DNA of 53,100 nucleotides, filler included, from Basidioascus undulatus (Eukaryota), in the NCBI GenBank assembly GCA_000826855.1. It is 3 parts of 3 records of this genome, joined end to end, with 100 filler letters (N's around TTAATTAATTAA, not from the genome) between each part and the next. Parts side by side here need not be neighbours in the genome. Positions count along the whole stretch, not along the records: positions 1 to 17,638 come from JTLS01000517.1; positions 17,739 to 35,373 come from JTLS01000518.1; 1 more part is not named here. The stretch is one strand, 5' to 3'. Every line of letters starts with the position of its first letter. The stretch's first letter is position 1. Made by a program: the position numbers and the translations under genes. Below, piece by piece: positions 12,551 to 22,773 of this stretch. Under the pieces are notes generated by a model that ran no database searches, was not told the DNA's origin, and worked only from the letters and a program-made list of their open reading frames with translations.

Positions 12551-13685
12551 CAGCTGCACACAATTGAGACCCTCCTTACCTGCAAGCAATACTCACGAAC
12601 CAGCCTTGAAGTGCCTTCCTCTGACGTGCCGCAGGGCTAGAAATTGTATGAGTCGTATACAAATGAAAAAGACAGAGTCGATGGCGGGTCACATGCGAAT
12701 ATAGGTCTAAAAGCACTGCGAAGGATAATTTGACGAGAAGACCGCAGCTGCATCGAACCCGACTCTTCGCAAACATTCCACAAAGCTGTTTTCAGATTGT
12801 TCTTGGAAATATGAGAGTGGTCAATTGGTAAACTACGGCAATCACGCCCACCGTCGCCCACCCCCCCTTCAATGGCCCGCATACGACGGGCTCTTCAACG
12901 GGCAAGGGACCGGGTCCCTTCCATAACATATCAGAATCGCAGGAACAATGAAGTACTTTAGACCTGTCCTTCGGTCTGCTACCGTCCAGTGTGCCGTCAC
13001 AGGTACAGCGGACAGAGCCAAACCCAACAACGTTTCCTTCCGGTGCAGCTTCCATCTTCCCTCGCGGTTCCCTGTCTGCTCCCTCTTCATCCCTCTCCCC
13101 CAGGTCCTCGAGAGAGGGTGAGTATTCTTCGGCCCCATTTCTTTACCAGCCATGCCAGCTCTTTGCTTTGATGACCCACAAGTTTCACAGTACATGAGCG
13201 GCCCTGTCCGAGATTCGGACGCAAGGGCCGCCTCATGACGATCAATCTCCATTATTCCCCCCTGATAACCCATCCTAATCTTCACAAAATGTCTGAAGGG
13301 CTGAACTTTTCCACGCTGACTCAGTTATTCTGTCCTTTCCGTTGGGTAGGAACTCGTCGATAGGCGTGAGAGTTTAGGTATAACATGCCGACACGGAGGG
13401 AACAAGGGGACATGGGGAGGATACTCTGTTCCATACCCTCACGTGCAGTAGACCGTTCATCTGTCTTGGAATAAACCCAATCAATTATCATGAGTGTACG
13501 GACTGGCAAACGACGCGGCACTCGAGCACATAGTGCGCACCATTCCTCGCTCCTCATCCGCTTCCGCATCCGCCTCTTTTGCGCTCGCGGCGCTCTTTCC
13601 TCTTTCCCTCCCTCACTCACCATCTGGATTCCGTACTCCTTATTTTTGCTGCCCCGCCACATCAAGTTACGCCGTTTCGACAAGG

Positions 13686-14070
13686 GGCGCCTCTGCGCAT
13701 CACCTTTCGTCTTGCTTTCCGTGCCTATGCGCACATTCTTCCGTTTCTCTTTTGGGTGCCTCTGCGCACTTGCTTCCTTCTCGTTCGATTGCTTACCGGC
13801 ACTATACCATTCGCTCGAATAGCTCTTACCCTCCTTTCTTTAGGTGCCTCTGCGCACTATTCTTCTTCCCTTCCTTTCCCCGGTGCCACATGCCACTGGG
13901 CCTCCTGACTTTCGAGCTTTCGAGGCCTTTTGAGCCCCTGATACAACTTGACTCCCTTCCGCAGAATGCACGGCGCGTCGAGCGTTCCTCAAGCAATAGC
14001 AATGTGTTTCTCGTTTGTCGCCTCGGGAGCCTCCGCACACTCCTTTCCGGGTGCCTCTGCGTACTCTCGT
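13686..14070. repeat. Degenerate minisatellite with GGTGCCTCTGCGCAC core and pyrimidine-rich spacers
   Basis: Core copies at 13686, 13720, 13755, 13843, 13882, ~14025 and ~14050. Confidence 0.65.
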
Positions 14071-14451
14071 CGTCTCTCCCTTTCTCGGCTGCCCCTGATA
14101 GCCCTTCCCCCAATTCTTACACCCATCGCTCCCATGGTAGCTTTGAAACTTTATACCTTCAGAGCCCCTGGCGCTGCGAGCGTTCTTCGACACGTCTGGC
14201 CGGGCACCCACGCCGCCGCTGCCATCAATTCGGCGGGTGCGCGTGGCATGCGATCCTGTCAGATCCTCATGCCCTAGTCGCAACCGCCCTAGTCAGTTGA
14301 GCCGTCTAAGCTCGTGTTTATACCACCAGGAAATTGCGGCAATCTTCTTCGAATTAACAGTGCAAACGCGGAGCTCAGCCAGCTCAAATGCGACCTAGAT
14401 CTCTCATCATGAACATTGGGCAACTCTACCACTAAAGGGTATACAAGGATC

Positions 14452-16345
14452 TCAATCGTCTGAGATCTTGATGACAGCCTGAAAGGCATCGTCCCGTCAA
14501 ATGGTCAGCTTTCCGTTGACATGAAGCGACTCGGGATCAGCTTGTGCACCTTGCCGAAGTTCTCGCCGTGCAGCATACCTGATTAAAGTGAGATTAGATT
14601 TTATCAGACTCCACATAATAGGCTGAACTCACACCGATAAACGCCCGCTCAGCATTCTCCAAACCCGAAGTCACCTCCTCCTTGAACTTGAGCTCGCCGC
14701 TAGCGAGCTTGCGCAGCACTTCGGCGTAAACGCTTCGTCCCACTTCGCTACGAAGTCTGTGTACATGCACCTTGTAAGCAGTAAGCCAGTTGGAAGGCGA
14801 CCGGAAGGACACGGTATCTTGCCTTGAACGATACAGCCTTGGAGCTTAAGCCGTTTCGACGCGACCAAACGAAGGTTCTTGATGCCGTACGGGTCGCTTG
14901 AATTCTGCTGGCTGATCGTGCCGCAACACTTTCAAGAAGTGGAGAACATCGCAGTGAGCTGGCGCTGATATATACACTGGATGATGTGCAGGCTTACAAC
15001 GATCCGACCGCGCATCTCGATCTCCTCGAGCACAGCGTCAAACATTACACCCCCTCACTCGACAAAATGTCGATCACGGCTGGATTACACGTCGAGTATT
15101 TTCATGGGAAAAGACTCACCAACGTTATCGAAGTACATGTTTACAGGCTTAAACTTGCGGAGCTCCTTCGAAACGTCCGCCATCCGGTAGTTCAAGGCCT
15201 GGTCGACTTGCAGCTCCTGCTCGAGGAACTTGACCTGTGTTGCAGATGTTATAAGCGGTCCAAGTTAAATGCCACCTCACTCCGCATAGACGCACCCCTT
15301 TCTCCGATCCTGCACAGGCAAGGACGCGCAGGCCGTGATTCTTGGCGAGCTGGACAACCAGCTGCCCAACTCCGCCAGTTGCCCCGGAGAGGAAGATGCT
15401 CTCGCCCTGCACTTGCTCCATCAGAGTGTCAAAAGAGCTAGGGTGCTTGAACACTGTCGTATGGACTGATCTCCTTGGGATTCGCGATCTCGACTGTGTG
15501 CCACCGCTTAACATGAATGAGCTTCGAGCAGGATTCCATGCGACGAATGCAGTTACGCACACAAGCCAATCCAGGCTGGCTTTCCAGGTGTTGGGTTATG
15601 GGTAAGACGATATGGAGTATCGGGAAATGCGGGCAAGACCGACCGGCGGCGCCGACCCAAGTAGTCCACGGCAAGCCGTCCTTGTTTTCCAGGGCCTTGA
15701 AATCCACGACATGCTCGGCGGAGTGGAAAGTGGACTCCTCGAACGCTGAGTTTACCAAAGCCGCATGAGCTTTCGTACCACGCAGGCTCACTTGAAGATG
15801 CGCAGACGTGCGGTAGAATCCGTACAGCGTCTGGCCGATCTTGACGTCGGGATGCTCCGAGCGGATGACCCGGCCTACGCCATAGTTTCTGATGGGGTGG
15901 CCGAGACGGAAGACGGGTGCCCCGGGGCTGTTCATGGGGGGGTTGCGCATCCTCGAGTCTAAGTTGTATCTCGCTCATGAACGTCAGGCGAACACAGACC
16001 CCGTGGGGAGACTGGAGAGCACGCACGCATGAAGGGGCCGAGGGACACCACGAGACTGGGTAAGGAAAACCCATTCAGAGCTGTATATTCCCCTCATGAG
16101 TCAGGCCCTTTTCAACGGGAAAGGAGGTAAAGAAGACATACGGCAATTGGCGACGTCGAGCTCCTCAACAATGAGCTTGAGAGTCTCGCCCGGAACGACT
16201 TCGCCGTCAGGTATGAAGCTGTAGATGACTCGCTGCTTTCAAAACATTTGCTCTAGTAACAGTGAAACAAGATATTCGACGACGACGAGAAGTGCGAGCA
16301 CCGTGTTCTTGTAGGCCGCCGTCTTGGGCGTTTGACCAACATACT
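14452..16345 (-). pseudogene. NADP-dependent alkenal/prostaglandin reductase (MDR family), frameshifted; start approximate
   Basis: NYGVGRVIRSEHP, GESIFLSGATGGVGQLVVQLAK, YFDNV, GRIV.CGTISQ, GLENAERAFIGMLHGENFGKAVIKI. In-exon frameshift near 14728 (KWDEA to YAEVLRKL). Confidence 0.75.
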
Positions 16346-17045
16346 GCGCCGGAGTCCCCGAATACTACATACTCGCCATAGTCCAAAGCTCTGAACATTC
16401 CCGGATTATTCCAAAGTTCATTACTGGCTCCGATGCGAAATAAAGAAGGAGACGCTTGATGCATTTCGCGGACCCAGTGGCAAGGTGTACTTGGTGGCAC
16501 GTTGGGGGTCATGACTGCTTGTCCATCAGCTTGTTGAAAACTACCCGGATACATATGTTGAAAAAAGAAGCTTTCCTACAAAGATACCTTGCTGCATTGG
16601 CGGTGGTGGCTGACAATGAAGCGACGGACGACCGTTTTGAAGCTCGAGCTAGTCCGGCGTTGCGATAGCGGAACGATCCCCTACAAGTGGGACTATGTTT
16701 TTCATTTTATCACTTTTTTGCTGTCCATAACGGATATCTGGCCCTTCGAATGGCAAGATAGAGCTGGACATGTGAAAAACACAAGAGTGAAGGCAGACGC
16801 TGCAAAGCCGACAATGGATTCAGCACGTGCCTGAGCGCCGAAAGCCCTAGGTGTGCTCCCGCTTTTTCGAAGATGGAAGCCTGTCTTCTGCTCTCCACCC
16901 CCTCGCTAGGTGAGCTTCTTGCCGCATGCTGTTTTGCCTGGTTCCCAGCTCATCATGGATCCGCGCTGTGGACAGGAACGACGGAACGACGGCAGTTCCC
17001 CCCTGACCCGACTTAGCGAACCTTTCACGACTCTTATTTGCAAAC

Positions 17046-17630
17046 ATGGTCCGTCTTCCGGCTCGGGCACCTTCTTCGCGCATTTGGGCTGGCACGCTGA
17101 CGAGGAGCGTGTTGCGCAGTCTGACGCCGGTTCCGAGAAGCCTGAGGTTGTTGAGGAGGTCGAGGTCGCCGAGGCCGCCGCACCCAAGGGCAAGCTGTGC
17201 GTGTTCATTACCGAGTGAGCTTCACCGGCGGGTCCGCGCGTGCTGACCGGCGGACCCCCTCTTCTCCCCACACAGCTCCGTCGAGGAGGCCCTCCAGCAG
17301 GTGTTGAAGAACGCGCTCGTGCACGACGGGCTCGCGCGCGGCCTGCGCGAGTGCGCCAAGGCGCTCGACAAGCGTCAGGCGCACCTCTGCGTCCTCGTCG
17401 AGACGTGCACCGAGGCCGAGTACATCAAGCTCATCGAGGCGCTCTGCGCCGAGCACAAGATCAACCTCATCAAAGTCTCGGACGCCAAGGTCCTCGGCAC
17501 CTGGGCCGGCCTCTGCAAGATCGACCGCGAGGGCAACCCGCGCAAGGTCGTCGGCACCTCGTGCGTCGTCGTCAAGGACTACGGCTCGGAGTCCGAGGGC
17601 CTTAACGTCCTCCTCGACTACTTCAAGTCT
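17046..17630 (+). CDS. RPS12: 40S ribosomal protein S12 (eS12); last exon lost in gap
   Basis: ATG, intron 17049-17119, SDAGSEKPE...KGKL, intron, [40 protein letters not shown]...[23 protein letters not shown]. Donor gtgagt at 17631. Confidence 0.97.
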
Positions 17631-17638
17631 GTGAGTCT

Positions 17639-17738
17639 NNNNNNNNNNNNNNNNNNNNNNNNNNNNNNNNNNNNNNNNNNNNTTAATTAATTAANNNNNN
17701 NNNNNNNNNNNNNNNNNNNNNNNNNNNNNNNNNNNNNN
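17639..17738. other. Assembly gap with artificial six-frame stop linker
   Basis: 100 nt: 44 N, TTAATTAATTAA (17683-17694), 44 N. Confidence 0.97.
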
Positions 17739-19109
17739 GCGGGTGGTTGGGTCGGTGGTGGAGGACGAGGGTTTACGGGTGGTTGAGGAGGCGGTGGTGG
17801 TAGAGGGCGCGGAGGAAGAAGCGGATGTGGATGGTGCGGACGTGGGGCAGGGAGAGGTAGAAGAGCGTTGGCGTTTCCTCGCAGCGACGGACTCGGCCTT
17901 AGACTCAACCACCGCGCTAAGCGTGCGCTTGACGCCCTTCCCCTTGGTCGTCTTCGCACTCGAAACAGACGGAAGGTCCCCCTCGCTGGCCGGCACAGGG
18001 CGCTGCTTCCCTGCGTCCCTCGCGCGCGCCTTCGCCTTCGCCGGTGGCGGGGGGACGCGCACGCCGAAGAGCCCGGCGAGGGCGTCGACGAGCGCCGGGT
18101 CCGGTTCCGAGCCGGGCTGGACGGGGGACGAGGGCGGGAGGGAGGAGAGGAAGGAGGAGAGTGCGCGGGAGGGGGACGAGGGCGGGGGCGTCGGCTGGGA
18201 GAGGAGCGACAGCAAAGGGTTGAGAAGGTCGGAGGGCGCTTGGTGGCGCACGCGCGGGGGAGTCTTCTGTTGCGGCGAGGGAGAGGCAGGCGCTGCGCGT
18301 GGAGGGAGAGGGAGAGGGGAGGTGGGGACGCGCGAAGAGGGGCGGAGGGGCGAGGAGCCCAGCGAGTGCAAAGCGGAGAGGTACTCGTCTTGCCTGACGC
18401 GTTTGGTCTGCACCAGCCCACTCAAACTCGTAAGGCTTTTGTCCAACCCCAAAGAAGAATCACACGGGGGAAAAGGGAGGAAGGCACGCGCACCTGCTCA
18501 AGCCGAACAACGACCTCCAGACACTCTCCGCCGTCGCCCTCGAACGGGTCGGCATCGACGACGCGGCCCGTGATGGTCGTGCGGCCCTTGTCGGGCTCTC
18601 CGAGCGCCCAGGAGAGAAGGCCCTTTCCGACGGAGACGGGGTGGGACGGCGCGTGCGGGAGGGGCTGCTCGGACGGGTCGAGCGAGTAGATCGAGTAGTC
18701 CAGGGTCGGGGTGGAGAGCAGCTCGGGGCTGGGAGGGGGTATCAGGGAAAGGTGGAAGGTGGATGGAGGGAGTGGAAGGAGGGAGGGGGCAAGGGAGACG
18801 AAGAGAAGACACACCTCGACACGCACACGCCGCCCAGACAGGCCTTGAGGCTGCACCGGCCAAACACCCCGCGCGGCGTGCTCGCAATCTGGACGTCGAT
18901 CTCGTTCGTCACGCGCGCGAGGAGCGTCTGAGCCGGATGCGATGAGAGCATGTAGAGTACTTTGACTGTACGCCCCCGTACCCATCACCCAGGATGAGTC
19001 TTCTTCCCCCCTCCTGACGCGTCGGATTGGATGGAGACGAACCGGGCATGGGCCGCATCGTTGTTTTTGATCTTTTGGGCGGGGGGCGCGTGGATGTGGA
19101 TGGCGGCAT
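17739..19109 (-). CDS. Spt21/Ams2-like transcriptional regulator, N-terminal part (3' end lost in gap)
   Basis: Spliced RPMPVKVLYML...QTLLAR...SLKACLGGVCVSSPEL...DYSIYSLDPSE...VGKGLLSWAL...TITGRV...LEVVVRL matches the motif order I recall for the Spt21/Ams2 N-terminal domain. A low-complexity S/P tail follows. Confidence 0.75.
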
Positions 19110-20085
19110 TGCGGATGGGGAGGATGAGGTCGGGGATGGGGAGGATGGAGAGTTGGATGGAGAGGTGTGAGATGGCTGGATGGGCGGACGAGCGGAAGTT
19201 GTTGAAAGGGGACGAGGGCCAGGCGCGTGCAGCGCGCTCAAAGTAAATGACACACCGCGTACCGCGTCGGGCGCGTTGATCGGCCCGTATACTGCCGGCT
19301 TTCTCTTTCCTTTACGCCTTCATGGGAGTCCTTTAGATGTAGGAAAAATCGTATGTCGGACACGACACCCCTCAAAAACGGCTTCAGGCAAGGTTGCAAG
19401 TGGCCTGCCGGAGTTGTCCTTGGTCCCGACAGCCACTGCGCAGCCGTCTTTCACACGTGCATTCTTCCAACCTGTTCTCACAATATTCAACCCAATATTA
19501 TGAGCTTGTAATGTAACTGGTCCGAATACTGGAAAACACTTAACGCGTTCGCACGCCTGAGTCCCGGCGGTCTCAGCCAGTTGGCACATTGCAGTCTCAA
19601 CCGCATCCGAGTCCACTCCCACCCACTTCTTCCCACGCTCGCTCGCCACTCTCTCCTCTCCCACTCCCCACCATCTCACCTGCTCATCACCTCCGGTCGC
19701 CTTATACCCTCCCCCACCTCTAACCGCTACCGCTGACGCATGCCACCGAGCACTACGCTCTACGGAGCTACCTTCTCGCAGATCGTCTTTCCTTCAAGTC
19801 CACCGCCGCCACCCAAGCCTTGGTCTTTTCCTGATCTCTATAGAGACAATGTTCTGTTTCTTTGGATTGGGGGCTCGTGCGTTCTCCGGATCGCATGGCT
19901 CTCATAAACCGCGAACAGCTCTGTGTCGAGCCCCGCCGCGGGATGGGCATTGCTGTTGAGGGCGTTAATGAGGGGGGAGGCTCGCTTGACGTGCAGGGCA
20001 TAACTGCAGGGCATAGAGAACATGCAGGGGTTCGGGTGCGATTCGAAAAACTTCTCGTGGGGGGAGGGCCGGGGGGCATTGAAGA

Positions 20086-20136
20086 TGTTCATCACGAGAC
20101 AACAGTGCTGTGTTCATCACGAGACAGACAGTGCTG
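20086..20136. repeat. 25/26-bp tandem duplication
   Basis: tgttcatcacgagaca(g)acagtgctg x2. Confidence 0.9.
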
Positions 20137-21164
20137 AGGTTTGTTGCGTCGTATGAAGCGGGCAAAAAGCGCAATGCGAGTGGGGAGATGACGACAGGGA
20201 CGATGACGACATGTCGTCAAGCGCCCAGCTTCGCTCTTTCGTCTCCCAGAAGGGTGGATGGGAGCTGGCACTTTACGGCGTGGGCTTGCTCGAGATCGCT
20301 GTGGTGCGATGAGGCCGAGGACACAGGACGCTGAGGGTCTTGGTGCCCCGCTGCCAACTGATCTTACGTATACTTCGAACAGACTGACCTTTTTTTTCCT
20401 CGTCCACGATGCAAAAAGGTCGAAAAGGTAGGACCACGGGTCATCAATCCTCCACCAGTTGGTTGCGGTGGTCCGCACAGCATCCAATGTTTCATTCAAA
20501 CCCGCCTGCCAACCTCGTCCATTTTTTGGTATCTAGATGTTCTGTTCAAAGGGCTGAGCCCTTAAGAGGTCTCACAAAAGCGTGCACGTTCGGCTGGACA
20601 TGGAGGACCGGCGAGCAAGTCCGGATGTATAGTTGCCACTCAAGCACACACTGCCCTGCTCTCTTCTCATCCGTTCGACAGCGTTTTTTTTTTCTAATTC
20701 TCAAAAGCAGAAAGGGGTATGTTTAATATATTTACATACTCAGCGTGCTTTCCCTCCTTTGCAGGTACGTGGTCGATCGTTTCTGTGCCAGTCGTTCTGT
20801 CCTCTTCAACGTACAGTCGGTCCCGCCCGCGTTCGCTGACTCAATCCGGCTGCAGAAGTAAATGGATGACGGAGTCTCTTCCTGAAGGGACGCCTATGTC
20901 AACCGACGGACAGGTCAGAACCAATATCGAGACAGCGTAAAAGGTCGCGGTGCAAGTTCGACTCGCCAATTGCACCAGGCGTGAGGTAGCCCACCTCGAG
21001 CATGCCTTCGTCAAGGGTGCCCCCACGCGCTTCGAGCCGCTCGTTGAACCTGTCTCGGCGAAGTGACAGCCCTGAAAGAGAGTCGTCAGAAGAGGCATGC
21101 TCTTACTAGAAGGCAGATGGAATGTAACTGGGTCATACGCGCGAGCGCGACCGTGCGACGACTC

Positions 21165-22037
21165 TATGACGAACAGAAGAACAAAGATCTTCCGGATGAC
21201 CTTCTCCCACAGCTGACGAGAAAGGCGCGATCTCCTGCTCGAAGGCCTGCAGATGATCGTTAGTACGGCGGAACAAGAGAAGCTTTGGACCGCGTTACCT
21301 TGATCAAATCGTGCCTTGGGTCGTTGTCGTCGTGGCCGTCCTTGGTATACTTCTGGATGTTGAGCATTTCGATGTTCTCCTTGACTGCCGGTGAGAACCT
21401 GTCAGTCAAGAAACATCAGAGACGCTGCCGGCTGAACGTGTGCGTACCAGCCGTGTCTCCGATTGTGCCGATGTTCTCGCGATAGCCGAAATAGCTGAGG
21501 AAAGTCTCTCAGTTAGCTGAAAGACAGGGAAGCTCCGAATACAGACACTCACTTCCCCACTTCGAAGTTGCACGGGTTCTTCCGCTTCTCTTCGAGCGGC
21601 TGCGTTTCGCAATGGACACAAACAGGTCAGGGCTGCTTCTTCGTCCTGCAGGCATGTGAGACAGCCTACTAGCTTGAAATGGCATTTCCTGCATAAAATT
21701 GGTTAGGTCCCGCATATATAGGGGTGATGTGAGTGGAACGGGACCCACCGATGGAAAGCTGCCTTAGGACTTCCTCGTCCGGAATACTAGTCCCGGTTAC
21801 AACCCAGAATCCGACTGGTGAAAGGGCTTTAGTCCATGCACGGGGAGACTAAATATGGGCTTCCTACCATTCTTTACGGCGTCATGGAGTTCAGCTGCGA
21901 GCTGCTCCTTTCCGCCGGGAAGGTCGAACTTGGAAAGATCGATGTTGACCAGTGGCGCCCAGTCAAGGTTGGCCTTAGTCTCAGCGGGACGCGTCCACGG
22001 CGGGATATCGGTGCTAGATACGGGCAGATACGGGCAT
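21165..22037 (-). pseudogene. 2-oxoglutarate/Fe(II) dioxygenase (DIOX_N / IPNS-like), disabled and 3'-truncated
   Basis: TDIPPWTRPAETKANLDWAPLVNIDLSKFDLPGGKEQLAAELHDAVKN.GFWVVTG...PLEEK...YFGYRE...KENIEMLNI...LWEKVIRKIF. A 10-bp duplication after the ATG creates a stop; further frameshifts at ~21680 and ~21220; no HxD region seen downstream. Confidence 0.85.
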
Positions 22038-22773
22038 TGTAGCTGAATATGGATGAGATCAAGATGCGAAGAACACCTGAAACCGCTGCGTGAAATGCGG
22101 GCGCAAGGTGAACGTTGCTGTGCGTGTGCAAATCTTAAGATCTACGAGGTCGTGGCAGGGGTAAACACCCACAGCCAGGAATCATCTGATCGCTCCCAAT
22201 TCACGCGCATTTCGGAAGTTCATGATATGCTGTATTTCTGCAAGGTGCAATGAGCGGTGCACACCGGTGACCGTGAAACGCGGTGTTGAGGCTGCTGACT
22301 TGCGAAGGCGCCCAGCTCAGGCGCGCAGGTGTCCTTAGGTGTCCTTATCTTCGACTACCGACCCGTCAGATTGGCTGAGCCGGGTCTGGTGCCTGCTAGG
22401 TACTTACAAAGCTGGTGGCTGAGCGAGGCGCTGTAAACACCCGTGGTGCCGCCCAGCGACGCGTGTATGGCGAAATACCTCGACAGTCGTTCGTGCTGCT
22501 GCGCACGGACGCTGAGGCGACGCTGGCTCCCACGTGTATTGTTCCAATTATTGTGGTAAGAACTGTCTGTACTTCCTGTAGGTATAGAGGCAGAACGAGG
22601 TTGGAGACGGTCCATATTTTGGCCCTCCCATTGCTCGGCAGTGGTGATTTCCCTTGGTTCGCTCGCCATCACCATTGGCGAGCAAGCCTCGAAAGCAGCC
22701 TTTTTGTCGGGTTTTTTTTGCTGCCCTCATTCCATGGTCACGGTACCTCTTGTCCTGCAACGTACTTTGGATC

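Noticed and set aside
13494..14300. 268-aa ORF as a real protein
   Set aside because: Low-complexity translation of the repeat array; the motif drifts between frames.
16910..17119. Intronic snoRNA in RPS12
   Set aside because: Introns are only ~70 nt and no C/D or H/ACA boxes are evident.
17683..17694. TTAATTAATTAA palindrome as a biological site (e.g. piggyBac TTAA)
   Set aside because: Centred in N runs and identical at both gaps, so it is a scaffolding linker.
19740..20330. Possible small + strand gene opposite the Spt21/Ams2-like gene
   Set aside because: Only short fragments in different frames with no recognisable motif; cannot be supported.
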